Shown here: piece after piece, positions 8,444-16,640 of the stretch
Layout: every line of letters begins with the position of its first letter
Numbering within the stretch: the first letter of the stretch is position 1
Virus record (IMG/VR): IMGVR_UViG_3300032155_000030
Span: 1 to 25,631 of that record
Strand: one strand, 5' to 3'
Source of the DNA: a virus
Taxonomy: Duplodnaviria > Caudoviricetes
DNA: 25,631 bases
Notes under the pieces: generated by a model
The model's input: the letters and a program-made list of their open reading frames with translations, nothing else
What the model was told of the DNA's origin: nothing
Databases searched by the model: none
Made by a program: the position numbers and the translations under genes

Positions 8444-8872
8444 GTTCTCCCGGCGTCAGGACCTCGATCGAGGCCCTGCCCCAGCCGGTGTGACGCGCCA
8501 AGGCCAGCACTCCCCGCCGCAGCTCCGTTTTTGGGATCAGCCCTCCGCCGTCCCGTCCGTCGGGACCGGCGGCAGCGGTTGACCAGGCGCGGACAAAAAA
8601 CGGTAGCCGTCCTGCAGCGCGCCATAGACCGACTGCGGCCAGCCCATCAGATCCTCCACGGGAACGCCGCAGAGCATGGCGAAGAGCCGGACCTCCACCT
8701 CGGCGGACGTCGCGGTGCGCCGCTGGTCCGCCACCGCCATTTCAGCCGCCACCTGCGCGTCGAGCATGTCGCGCACCAGGGGTTCGCGCATGACCAGCTC
8801 GGTGACCTCGCGGCCGCAGGCCTCCACCGGCTCGGACAGGGCGATGGTGCGGGAGCGTCGTTGTCTGGCCAT
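8403..8872 (-). CDS. Tail assembly chaperone, -1 frameshift-extended form (P2 gpE+E'-like, ~156 aa)
   Basis: Slippery T TTT TTG at 8600-8594; the -1 frame is open to TGA at 8405-8403 and encodes ...ELRRGVLALARHTGWGRASIEVLTPGELIAWLEAIPREDP, resembling gpE'. Confidence 0.85.
8537..8872 (-). CDS. Tail assembly chaperone (gpE / Mu gp41-like)
   Basis: 111 aa between tube and tape measure; IALSEPV...ELVMREPLVRDMLDA...EVRLFAMLCGVP...Y. Confidence 0.9.
   Translation of the reverse strand: MARQRRSRTIALSEPVEACGREVTELVMREPLVRDMLDAQVAAEMAVADQRRTATSAEVEVRLFAMLCGVPVEDLMGWPQSVYGALQDGYRFLSAPGQPLPPVPTDGTAEG
8594..8600 (-). other. Programmed -1 ribosomal frameshift heptamer T TTT TTG
   Basis: Plus strand caaaaaa; correctly phased (CGT TTT TTG); same T6G slippery sequence as in P2 gene E. 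Confidence 0.85.
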
Positions 8873-8875
8873 GGG

Positions 8876-9400
8876 CTAGCCCTCCTTGCCCAGGTCGCGG
8901 CGCACCGTGGCCAGGTAGTCCGTGCCGTTCACGCGATAGATGTAGTTGAGCTTGTCCACCTCGAGGACCTCGTCCCCGTTCTGGACCAGCTTGAGGTAGA
9001 GCACCTCCAGCTCAACGTCCGCGTCCTGCGCCTTGCCCGACTCCCATTTGCCGAGCCCCGGCTTCTTGGGGATGCCCCGGATGAGGGCGCGTTCCGGCTC
9101 GCTGCCGAGCTTGCCCGTGGCCGAGTCGTGCACCTGCACCGAGGCGCGCAGATCCAGCTCGTGGGCCTGCGGGGCCAGCAGCTTGAAGTAGCCGCTGGTC
9201 TTGCTGCGGAACTTGAACTTGGCGACCATGGACTTGGTGTGGCCCAGGGTCGGGCTCTCGTATTCCCCGGCGATGCCCGCGCCGGACACGGTCTCGGCGA
9301 TCTGCTCCGGGGAGGGCAGCTCGACGTCCGCCACCCCCATCAGCTCCGCGCCGCCCAGATAGACGTTGAAGGCGATGGTCTTCTCGTGAATCCTGCTCAT
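8876..9400 (-). CDS. Major tail tube protein (P2 FII family)
   Basis: 174 aa; FNVY...GVADVELP...GAGIAGE...EVDKLNYIYRVNGTDYL; AAGGAGG RBS. Confidence 0.93.
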   Translation of the reverse strand: MSRIHEKTIAFNVYLGGAELMGVADVELPSPEQIAETVSGAGIAGEYESPTLGHTKSMVAKFKFRSKTSGYFKLLAPQAHELDLRASVQVHDSATGKLGSEPERALIRGIPKKPGLGKWESGKAQDADVELEVLYLKLVQNGDEVLEVDKLNYIYRVNGTDYLATVRRDLGKEG

Positions 9401-9421
9401 GGGCTCCTCCTTCCGTGCCGC

Positions 9422-10660
9422 CTAGGCGAACAGGGACTGGATGTAGATGGGGTCGTATTCGAGGATGTTCTCGATCTGCCGGGCCGGGCTCGGCGGCGTC
9501 ATCCAGGTGTGGAAACGGATGATGCCGTCCATGACGTCCGTGGTCGGGTTCTCGCTCTCCAGCAGGGCGATGCGTCCGCCCAGGATGTATTCGCGGGCCG
9601 TGAAGGCGTTGAGCCGGATCTGCTCCGAGTCCGCGACGGTCTGCAGGAGGCGGCGGGTGATGGGCCAGTCCACCAACTGGAAGTAGGTCAGGATGAAGGT
9701 GTTGGCGTGCCAGTTGAAGAAACGGCGGATGGGGATGAAGGAATCCTTGGGATCGGTCACGCTGGGGTACGCGCCGGTGCGGTTGCCCCAGCACTTCCAG
9801 CCGCCGTCCCAGTTGAGGGGCACGTTCACGCCCTGGCCGTTGAGGTAGTTGGCCTGCTCCAGCCCCAGGTAGAGGGGCTTGCCGTTCGCCTGCGCGCCGG
9901 TGACCAGCAGGCGGTTGTTCGAGGGCGAGCGGTAGGGCACGTCGCCCGACTCCGAATCCACGAAGGCCATGAGCGCGGCCAGGTGGGAGGAGCCCCAGAA
10001 GGTCTCGTCGCCCAGGACCGGGCGGCCCCAGGAGACGAGCATGCGCCCGCCCGTGAGGTTGTTGGCCTCCTTGTAGGCGGGCACGTCCTGGTATTTGGTC
10101 ACCGTGGCGTCCGGGATGTCCACGGCCGCAACGGCCTGGAACAGGCCGTTGATGTTCTGGGCCTTGGCGGCCATGGCCACGGCCACGGCGGGGTCTGCCG
10201 AGAACTTCGGGGCCAGGAGCGTGCCGGGGATGAGGCGGAAGCGGGGGAAGATCTGGGCCACCAGTTCCAGCCCCGTGAGCGCTCCGGTCCCGGCGTCCAC
10301 GCCGCCGAGGATGTCCGCCGCCACGACCTTGGAGACGTCCGGATCGTCCTGGGCGTCCACGTGCTCCTCGGGATCGAAGACGTTGACGAAGATCGCGGGC
10401 GCGATGCCGTAGAGCCCGAAGATCACGCGGGCGGCCTCGCACAGGGTGTAGGCCGCGTAGTCGTCGGACCAGCCGAGCTGGTCCACGAACTCCTGGTAGG
10501 AGTTGCAGAGCACCGGCTCGTTGACGGGCCTGGGCGCGCCCACGGCCAGGGTGTGCACCGGCGCGGTGCCGAAGACCACGGGGATGCCCGCGCTGATGCG
10601 GCGGGGCGGCAGCAGCGAGGTGGGCACCTCGGACGTGTAGACGCCGTGTTTGTAGGACAT
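9422..10660 (-). CDS. Contractile tail sheath protein
   Basis: YKHGVYTSEVPTS, VVFGTAPV, PYRSPSN, ANYLNGQG, WGNRT, FIPIRR, TPPSPA motifs. Confidence 0.95.
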   Translation of the reverse strand: MSYKHGVYTSEVPTSLLPPRRISAGIPVVFGTAPVHTLAVGAPRPVNEPVLCNSYQEFVDQLGWSDDYAAYTLCEAARVIFGLYGIAPAIFVNVFDPEEHVDAQDDPDVSKVVAADILGGVDAGTGALTGLELVAQIFPRFRLIPGTLLAPKFSADPAVAVAMAAKAQNINGLFQAVAAVDIPDATVTKYQDVPAYKEANNLTGGRMLVSWGRPVLGDETFWGSSHLAALMAFVDSESGDVPYRSPSNNRLLVTGAQANGKPLYLGLEQANYLNGQGVNVPLNWDGGWKCWGNRTGAYPSVTDPKDSFIPIRRFFNWHANTFILTYFQLVDWPITRRLLQTVADSEQIRLNAFTAREYILGGRIALLESENPTTDVMDGIIRFHTWMTPPSPARQIENILEYDPIYIQSLFA

Positions 10661-10661
10661 G

Positions 10662-11120
10662 TCAGACCTCCAGGGGTTCGTCCGGCGCGAGCTCGCGCCA
10701 GCGGGTGGTGATGACGGCCACGTCGTAGCCGTTGCGCTTTTCGTTGGCCTTGGGCTCGTGCCGCGTCACGCGCACCGGGCGGACGAGCTCCCAGCGCTCC
10801 TCCAGGACGCGCGTGGAGCGCAGCCGGAGCAGCATGCGCTGGGAGACGGCGCAGAGCAGCTCTTCGACGTCGCTGGCCCCGCGCGGGCCGTGCACGCCGA
10901 TCAGGATCCTGAACTCGTGCACGTCGTCGCTGTCTGTGGACTCGCATTCGGCGGCGCGGACCACGGCGCAGGGGAACGCCTCCTCGTCGCCGATGTCGTC
11001 CGGGACCGCGCCCGTGAAGACGCGCGGCGCGGACAGGCCGCCGCCTGGGGCGTCCATGAGCCAGTCGCTGAACGCCGCCTCGCAGAAGCGACGCAGGGCG
11101 GCCAGGAGCAGGGGGCTCAC
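10662..11120 (-). CDS. Putative tail terminator/completion protein
   Basis: 152 aa immediately before the sheath; VFTGAVP...FPCAVVR pattern; assignment mainly positional. Confidence 0.65.
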   Translation of the reverse strand: MSPLLLAALRRFCEAAFSDWLMDAPGGGLSAPRVFTGAVPDDIGDEEAFPCAVVRAAECESTDSDDVHEFRILIGVHGPRGASDVEELLCAVSQRMLLRLRSTRVLEERWELVRPVRVTRHEPKANEKRNGYDVAVITTRWRELAPDEPLEV

Positions 11121-11716
11121 CTGAGCCCCCGGAGCAGGGCAGAGGCCTCGTGCAGGGCCGTGGTCTCCAGGATCTCCTCGGCCCGCTCCTGCAGGCGGCG
11201 GTCTGAGGCGTCACGGCGCAGGACCTGGATCTGGCCGGGGCCGAAGAGCATGCGGATGGGCGTGCGCTGGTCCCGCTTGACGCGCACGAAGATCTGGGGG
11301 CCGACCGTGCCGCCGCGCTGCACGAAGGAGCCGGGGATGACCTTGCGGCCCTCGGCGCGCAGGACATGCACCGAGACGCCCGTCTTGGGCCTGGAGCCGC
11401 CCTCGGACACGGGCAGGTTCGGGCGCGCGCCGTAGCGCAGGAGCGGCACGGAGATCTCGCCCTGGGCGCGCAGGATGGCCTGGTAGCGGCCCATGGCCGC
11501 CGGGGTGACGTGCATGCGGTCGCGCAGATCGCGCGCCGGGGCGTTGTATTCGTCGCGGATCAGGCGCACGGCCTCGGCGCGCACGGCCTGGATGCCGCGG
11601 TTCAGCACGCGCACCGAGATGCGCTTGTACGCGGCCTCGTCCAGGACGATGCCCGCCTTGCGCAGCATGTCCTCGACGTGGCGGCGGTCGATGTAGACCA
11701 GTCTCGAACTGGGCAT
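11117..11716 (-). CDS. Neck/tail completion protein (lambda gpZ-like)
   Basis: Start ATG 11716 overlaps the upstream stop; basic; RVLNR...IRDEYN...GVSVHV...GSF...IFVR...PIRMLFGP. Confidence 0.78.
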   Translation of the reverse strand: MPSSRLVYIDRRHVEDMLRKAGIVLDEAAYKRISVRVLNRGIQAVRAEAVRLIRDEYNAPARDLRDRMHVTPAAMGRYQAILRAQGEISVPLLRYGARPNLPVSEGGSRPKTGVSVHVLRAEGRKVIPGSFVQRGGTVGPQIFVRVKRDQRTPIRMLFGPGQIQVLRRDASDRRLQERAEEILETTALHEASALLRGLR

Positions 11717-12000
11717 CAGCTTCGCTCCTTGTAGATCTGCACCGTGAGCAGGCCCGCCTTGTCCTGCACCCTGGAGACGAGCCACTTCTCGTCCGCCACG
11801 GACATGGCCCGGCCAGGGACAGGGCGGGGCAGGGCCGTGGCCAGGCAGGAGAGGGCGGCCACGCGCACCGAGACGCCCAGGCGCTCGGCGTCCGCGCCCT
11901 CGCCTTCCTCGCGCAGGATGCAGAGCAGCTCGTTCCCATCCACCTGCCGCAGGGTTCCTTCCTCCTCGAGGAGGGAGAGGAGATCCTCTTCGGGCATCAT
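11716..12000 (-). CDS. Putative head-tail joining/closure protein (gpFII-like)
   Basis: ~94 aa from ATG 12000 (or 11997), overlapping the Rz stop; beta-rich C-terminus PVPGRAMSVADEKWLVSRVQDKAGLLTVQI; precedes the gpZ-like gene. Confidence 0.65.
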   Translation of the reverse strand: MMPEEDLLSLLEEEGTLRQVDGNELLCILREEGEGADAERLGVSVRVAALSCLATALPRPVPGRAMSVADEKWLVSRVQDKAGLLTVQIYKERS

Positions 12001-12635
12001 CTGGCGCGCTCCCAGGCGATGAGGGTTGCGAGCTGGGCCGTGTTGCCCTGGCACCAGGCCCCGTAGTCGCGCAGCCAGGCCGCGAGGTCCGCAGGGGTCA
12101 CGTGGTCTGGCGGAAGTACCCTGGACGCAGCGCCGGGGGCGGAGGCGGCGGGGTCAGCAGCTCCGGAGGGGCCGGTCGCGTCTGCGGGCAGACCGGAGGC
12201 GGCGGGATCGGCTCCTGCCGCGTCGTTGCACAGGCGGATGAAATCAGGGCCAAGGCGGCAATCAGGAGCAGACGCGCTCGCATGCTCGATCCTCCGGGAG
12301 GTGATGGTGCGGGCCGAGGCGGCGATGGCGGCCCTGGCCTGGGAGAGGTCAGCGGTCAGGGAATCGGCCAGGGCCACCTGGGCCTCCAGACGCTGGCGCG
12401 CCTGGGCCTGGAAGTCGGCCAGGGCCGAGGCCTGCGCCTCGCGTTCGCGGGCATGGTCCGCCTTGAGGTCCGCGAGCTCCTGGCCGCGCAGGGCGTCGGC
12501 GCGCTCGAAGCCGAGCCGCCAGCCCTGCCAGGCCCCGGCAGCGGCGGCCAGGAGCACGAGCAGGACCACGCCCAGGGCCAGGGCGGCGCGTTTCCAGGAC
12601 GAGGACGCGGCAGAGGCGAGGAGCGAGGCGATCAT
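11997..12635 (-). CDS. i-spanin (Rz-like)
   Basis: True start ATG 12635 overlaps the endolysin stop; N-terminal TM (ALALGVVLLVLLAAAAGAW), coiled-coil region, CRLGPDFIRLCNDA. Confidence 0.82.
   Translation of the reverse strand: MIASLLASAASSSWKRAALALGVVLLVLLAAAAGAWQGWRLGFERADALRGQELADLKADHAREREAQASALADFQAQARQRLEAQVALADSLTADLSQARAAIAASARTITSRRIEHASASAPDCRLGPDFIRLCNDAAGADPAASGLPADATGPSGAADPAASAPGAASRVLPPDHVTPADLAAWLRDYGAWCQGNTAQLATLIAWERAR
12098..12283 (-). CDS. o-spanin lipoprotein (Rz1-like), fully embedded in Rz in the +1 frame
   Basis: GGAGG 7 nt upstream; MRARLLLIAALALISSAC lipoprotein signal followed by a Pro-rich mature peptide. Confidence 0.85.
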   Translation of the reverse strand: MRARLLLIAALALISSACATTRQEPIPPPPVCPQTRPAPPELLTPPPPPPALRPGYFRQTT

Positions 12636-13255
12636 GGGCAGACCCCCTTGCCCCAGCCGGCGGCCTCGTAAGTGTCCTCCAGGCGGAGCAGGATGCGGCG
12701 CGGATAGCCCCGGTTCTCGGCGAAGGCGAGGCGGGAGCGCCCGGCGTTGACGGTCTCCACGTGGCCCCACCAGCGGGCGGGGTCGAGGCCGTCCGCGACC
12801 GCCTGCAGGGCGTCGCGCCGCACCCATCCCAGGCCGCCGTTGTAGGCGGAGAGGACCATGGCCCAGTGCTCGCACGTCGTGGCGGCGCTGGTGCGGTCCA
12901 GGAGCCATGCGTCGTAGGCGGCCATGGCGCGCAGCGCCCAGGAAGGGTTGCAGGGCTCGGCCGGGCCGAGGTCGGGCCGCAGGCCTCCGAGCCAGGCGGC
13001 CGTCTGCGGCATGAACTGGGCCAGCCCCTGCGCGCCCACGACAGAACGTGCGGCAGGGTTCCAGCCGGACTCCTGCTCGGCCTGCGCGGCCAGGGTGGCC
13101 ACGGGCGCGGACAGGCCGAGCTCCACGCGGGCGCTGCGGATGAGCAAGGAGCGGTGGGCCAGGGCCGCGCGCGGGGGAGCGGCCTGGGCCTGTGCCGCGA
13201 GCAGGCAGAGGCTGGCGAGAAGGAGAAGGCAGAGGACGTGGCGGACGCGGCGCAT
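12632..13255 (-). CDS. Endolysin, SLT-type lytic transglycosylase with N-terminal signal peptide
   Basis: QAEQESGW (catalytic Glu), AQGLAQFMPQT, SAYNGG, ENRGYPRRI; signal ending AQAQA. Confidence 0.92.
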   Translation of the reverse strand: MRRVRHVLCLLLLASLCLLAAQAQAAPPRAALAHRSLLIRSARVELGLSAPVATLAAQAEQESGWNPAARSVVGAQGLAQFMPQTAAWLGGLRPDLGPAEPCNPSWALRAMAAYDAWLLDRTSAATTCEHWAMVLSAYNGGLGWVRRDALQAVADGLDPARWWGHVETVNAGRSRLAFAENRGYPRRILLRLEDTYEAAGWGKGVCP

Positions 13256-13257
13256 GG

Positions 13258-13593
13258 TCAGAGCCCCAGGCCCACGGCGAGCATGGCGCCGATGACGATG
13301 GCCGCACGGCGGAAACAGGCGCAGATGAAGGGCCAGGTCTGTCCGGCGGCGATACCGTGGTCCGGGGCGTCAACGCGCTGCCCCTGGCTGCGCCAGGCGC
13401 GGGCGAGGTACCCGTCCGGCCTGGAATACGGGAACGCCGAGCGGTCGATCCAGTAACCGAGGTAGGCCGCACAGGCCAGCAGGCAGAGCTTGTAGGCCAC
13501 GACCGGGGCCTGCTGCGGGGCGAGGACGCCGAGCAGGCCGAGCAGGGCCACGGCCAGGAGCAGGCAGCCGAACATGCGAAGGGAGTTGCGCAT
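13258..13593 (-). CDS. Putative holin (3 hydrophobic segments)
   Basis: APQQAPVVAYKL...LGYWIDRSAFPYSRP...RRAAIV, typical of the 2/3-TM holins of Mu-like phages; directly upstream of the endolysin. Confidence 0.88.
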   Translation of the reverse strand: MRNSLRMFGCLLLAVALLGLLGVLAPQQAPVVAYKLCLLACAAYLGYWIDRSAFPYSRPDGYLARAWRSQGQRVDAPDHGIAAGQTWPFICACFRRAAIVIGAMLAVGLGL

Positions 13594-13602
13594 GACGATC
13601 TC

Positions 13603-13896
13603 CTAGTTTGCGGGGGGCTGGTCGCCCCCCCTGTCGTTGATGAGCCGCTCCTGCACGTCGGAGGGCATGTCCGAATGGACGATGAGTCCGCGCAGCATGC
13701 GGTACTGCCGGTCGCTGGAGGACTTGATGCTTTCCATGAACCTGCAGACGTTGCCGTGCCGCTGGTCGCACAGGTCGCGCGAGACGTAGGAGCCGCGCGT
13801 GACGAGATGGGTGACCAGGCCCACGAGCAGGGAGAGGATGGCCCCTCCGAAGAGCAGCTCCAGCGGCGTCAGGGTGATCTGCGGCACGGCGAACAT
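13603..13896 (-). CDS. Hypothetical single-TM protein in the lysis region
   Basis: Start ATG 13896, 2 bp after the capsid stop; LLFGGAILSLLVGLVTHLV then YVSRDLCDQRH and a helical tail; 97 aa. Confidence 0.75.
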   Translation of the reverse strand: MFAVPQITLTPLELLFGGAILSLLVGLVTHLVTRGSYVSRDLCDQRHGNVCRFMESIKSSSDRQYRMLRGLIVHSDMPSDVQERLINDRGGDQPPAN

Positions 13897-13898
13897 CC

Positions 13899-14852
13899 CT
13901 ACTTCAGGTCGGTGATGATGCTCGCCGCGCCGGTGAACTGGATCAGCTCGTCGACGTGCATGCGCGCACGGAAGACCGTCCCGCGGACCTGCTCCTCGCG
14001 GTATTCCTCGACCATGACCGTGTCCGGGGTGTCGTCCTCCCAGACCATGGTGCGGCCGAGGGCGATCTCGCGCAGATCCTGACCGCCGCTGGAGATGCGG
14101 GCCAGCACGGCCATGGAGGGATCCCAGATGTCCCGGGCGTCCACGGTCTTGCCCTCGGGCGCCACGTTGACCACGCCTCCAGCCACGATGACGTAAGGAA
14201 CCTTGAAGTAGGTGGACAAGGCGGAGAGGGGCAGCTCGCCTTCCTCGCGCGCGGGGTTGGTGATGTTGATGCGCTCGAGGACCTTGGCGCACTGTCCGAG
14301 GTCGAGGTAGGTGTCGTAGTTGATGATCAGGGCATTGGGCATGATGCCCTTCTTGCGCATGACCTTCTTGCGCGCGGTGACGTCGGCCAGGGGGTTGGCC
14401 TCGGCGTAGTTGTCCCATTTCTTGGCGGCGGCGGCGTTGTCGAAGCTGACGGGATCCTGCACCAGCTCGGCCACGCGCATCTCAAAGTCGCGCAGCACCA
14501 TGGTCATGGCCCGGTCAGAGGCCACGGACTCGGCGTCGAAGTAGCGGCGGAAGAGCTTGAGCTCGGTGTCGTCCAAGGGCGACTCGAAGCCGTACTCGTG
14601 GCAGACGTAGTCCTTGAAGTCGAAGGAGTAGTCGTCGCGCGCGTAGGCGGAGCGCGGGGCGCGTTTGGTGTCCACGTGCTTGATGGCGGCCGCGGCGGGA
14701 ATGAAGGGGTACTCGGCGCTCTTCAGCGGCGTGAAGAAGTAGGGCAGCACCTGGGAGGCGATGAACCCCTGCTCCGCGGCCTTGAGGCTGCGCTCGTGGG
14801 CGAGCACGGCCAGGTCCGGACGGGGGATGGCGTTGGACTTGGAGATGGGCAT
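13899..14852 (-). CDS. Major capsid protein (lambda gpE-like, HK97 fold)
   Basis: 317 aa after protease and decoration genes; FIASQVLP, KWDNYAEANPLADV, MPNALII; GAGGAGG RBS. Confidence 0.85.
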   Translation of the reverse strand: MPISKSNAIPRPDLAVLAHERSLKAAEQGFIASQVLPYFFTPLKSAEYPFIPAAAAIKHVDTKRAPRSAYARDDYSFDFKDYVCHEYGFESPLDDTELKLFRRYFDAESVASDRAMTMVLRDFEMRVAELVQDPVSFDNAAAAKKWDNYAEANPLADVTARKKVMRKKGIMPNALIINYDTYLDLGQCAKVLERINITNPAREEGELPLSALSTYFKVPYVIVAGGVVNVAPEGKTVDARDIWDPSMAVLARISSGGQDLREIALGRTMVWEDDTPDTVMVEEYREEQVRGTVFRARMHVDELIQFTGAASIITDLK

Positions 14853-14882
14853 TGCGGAAATCCTCCTCGCTCAGCGACCGGG

Positions 14883-15275
14883 CTACGGGGCCACGGTCAC
14901 GGTTTCGGTGTAGGCGTAGGGCAGAACCTCGATGACGCCGCCGCCCGCAGGGGTGGCGGCCAGGGCCTTGCCGAAGCGGCGATACGAGCCGGGAGCGACG
15001 GGCAGCAGCCCCACCAGGCCGTCGGCCTTGCAGTAGAGATCCACGTCCAGGGCCACGGCCTCGTCGGTCTCGACCAGCACGGTGCCATCGCCGCCCAGCA
15101 GGCGGACAGAGACGGGCGCGCCGACGTCCGTGGGGTACTCGACCACGCCGATGGGATCGGAGGCGACCTCGCCGTCGTGCAGGGCGACCGCTCCTGTGGC
15201 GAGCATGACCACGCGGTGGGGGGGCATCGCCTCGGCGGCGACGAAGGTGCGGCGCTTGTTGTCGGTGTACGGCAT
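14883..15275 (-). CDS. Head decoration/capsid cement protein
   Basis: 130 aa, small Gly/Ala/Val-rich beta protein (TFVAAEAM, PIGVV, GKALAA..GGGVIEVLP) between scaffold and capsid. Confidence 0.75.
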   Translation of the reverse strand: MPYTDNKRRTFVAAEAMPPHRVVMLATGAVALHDGEVASDPIGVVEYPTDVGAPVSVRLLGGDGTVLVETDEAVALDVDLYCKADGLVGLLPVAPGSYRRFGKALAATPAGGGVIEVLPYAYTETVTVAP

Positions 15276-15278
15276 GGC

Positions 15279-15782
15279 TTACTTCTCCTTGCTCTTGGAC
15301 AGGTAGGCCTTGTGGGCCTCGGGGTGGCTTTCCGTGGCCCAGGCCATGGCGTCCTTGGTGGAGCAGCCCACGTCCTTCTTGCGCTGCTCCACGATGGACA
15401 TGAAATCCTGCGGCTGCTGCGCGGCCGAGGGCGTGACGCCCTGGCTGCCGTGCGCCGCGCGCAGGGCGTCCAGGTGTTCCTGCTGCGCGCTGGGAGCGGG
15501 CGTGGTCTGGGGCTGCTGAACGGAGACGCCCAGGGCCTTGGCCACGGTGGCGGCCTGGGCGGCATCGATGCCGCTGGCGGCCAGGGCGGTCACGGCCTCG
15601 GCCACGGCGTCACCGGCCACGGTGCGCACCAGGCCGGTGACGCGCTCGCGCTCGGCCACGGCGGCCTTGGCCGTGGCCTCTTCCTTGTCCTTGATGTGGC
15701 CCGCGACTGCGGCAGCCACGGCATCGGCCTCGATCTGGGACACCAGGGCCGGGTGCTCCGCGCGGAGCTGCTTGACGTCCAT
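15279..15782 (-). CDS. Nested in-frame scaffolding protein (Nu3-like, 167 aa)
   Basis: Internal ATG 15782 (MDVKQLRAEHPALV) preceded by a perfect AAGGAGGT. Confidence 0.75.
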   Translation of the reverse strand: MDVKQLRAEHPALVSQIEADAVAAAVAGHIKDKEEATAKAAVAERERVTGLVRTVAGDAVAEAVTALAASGIDAAQAATVAKALGVSVQQPQTTPAPSAQQEHLDALRAAHGSQGVTPSAAQQPQDFMSIVEQRKKDVGCSTKDAMAWATESHPEAHKAYLSKSKEK

Positions 15783-16640
15783 GTGAACCTCCTTGCCGCG
15801 GTTCGCGGCGATTGCGGAAATGTGGGCGATGTAGGCGGCGCGGTCGGGCACGATGCGGTCGATGAGACCGGCCTTCAGCGCGGCCGCGGCCAGATAGACT
15901 CGCGCCTCGGTGGCGCGGACGTCGTCGGGGGAGAGTTTGCGGCCTTGGGCCACGGCGGCCACGAAGAGCTCGCGGCTCTGGTCGATGCGTTCCTGGATGT
16001 AGGCCCGGTCCCTGGTGTTCAGGGGCTGGGTGTCGTTGCCAGCGGCCTTGAACTCGCCAGCCTGGAGATAGGTGGGGATGGATCCGACGGTCTGGTACCA
16101 GACGCTGTTGTCCCAGTGCATGGTGACCACGCCGATGCTGCCGACCACGGCCGTGTCCGGCGCGGCGATCTCGCGGCACTGGCTGCCCAGCCAGTAGGCC
16201 CCGGAGCACATGCAGCCGTCCGCGTAGGCGTAGAGCGGCTTGCGGGTTCCGGCCTCGCGCAGATAGGCTCCGAGCTCGGACGTTCCGTCCACCGTGCCGC
16301 CGGGCGAGTCCAGGGAGAGCAGCACGGCCCGCGCCCTGGAATCCATGACGGCGGCTTCGACCCGCTCGCGGATCTCCTGCATGGAGGTCATGCACAGGGC
16401 GGCGCGCTTGACCAGCGTGCCCTCGACGTCGACCACGGCCACGCCGTCCACTATGTCGTAGGGGGCCTCGCCTTCGCTGCCGGGCTGGATGCGCAGGGCG
16501 GCCATGACCTCGGGCATGTCCGCGAGATCCGCGCGATCGCCGCGCAGACGTGTGGCGAGCACGTCGGTCATGGCGCGCATGGCGTCCTCGGTGCAGGCCC
16601 AGGGCTCCTCCGTGAGCAGCCGGATCACGTTCTTGAACAT
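15279..16640 (-). CDS. S49-family prohead protease fused to scaffold domain (lambda gpC-like)
   Basis: LSLDSPGG, CSGAYWLGS, VGSIGV, GEFKAAG motifs; Ala-rich helical C-terminal third. Confidence 0.93.
   Translation of the reverse strand: MFKNVIRLLTEEPWACTEDAMRAMTDVLATRLRGDRADLADMPEVMAALRIQPGSEGEAPYDIVDGVAVVDVEGTLVKRAALCMTSMQEIRERVEAAVMDSRARAVLLSLDSPGGTVDGTSELGAYLREAGTRKPLYAYADGCMCSGAYWLGSQCREIAAPDTAVVGSIGVVTMHWDNSVWYQTVGSIPTYLQAGEFKAAGNDTQPLNTRDRAYIQERIDQSRELFVAAVAQGRKLSPDDVRATEARVYLAAAALKAGLIDRIVPDRAAYIAHISAIAANRGKEVHMDVKQLRAEHPALVSQIEADAVAAAVAGHIKDKEEATAKAAVAERERVTGLVRTVAGDAVAEAVTALAASGIDAAQAATVAKALGVSVQQPQTTPAPSAQQEHLDALRAAHGSQGVTPSAAQQPQDFMSIVEQRKKDVGCSTKDAMAWATESHPEAHKAYLSKSKEK

Noticed and set aside
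8245-8625. 126-aa minus ORF as the chaperone frameshift extension
   Set aside because: It is the +1 frame and low-complexity; the gpE'-like sequence is in the -1 frame ending at 8403
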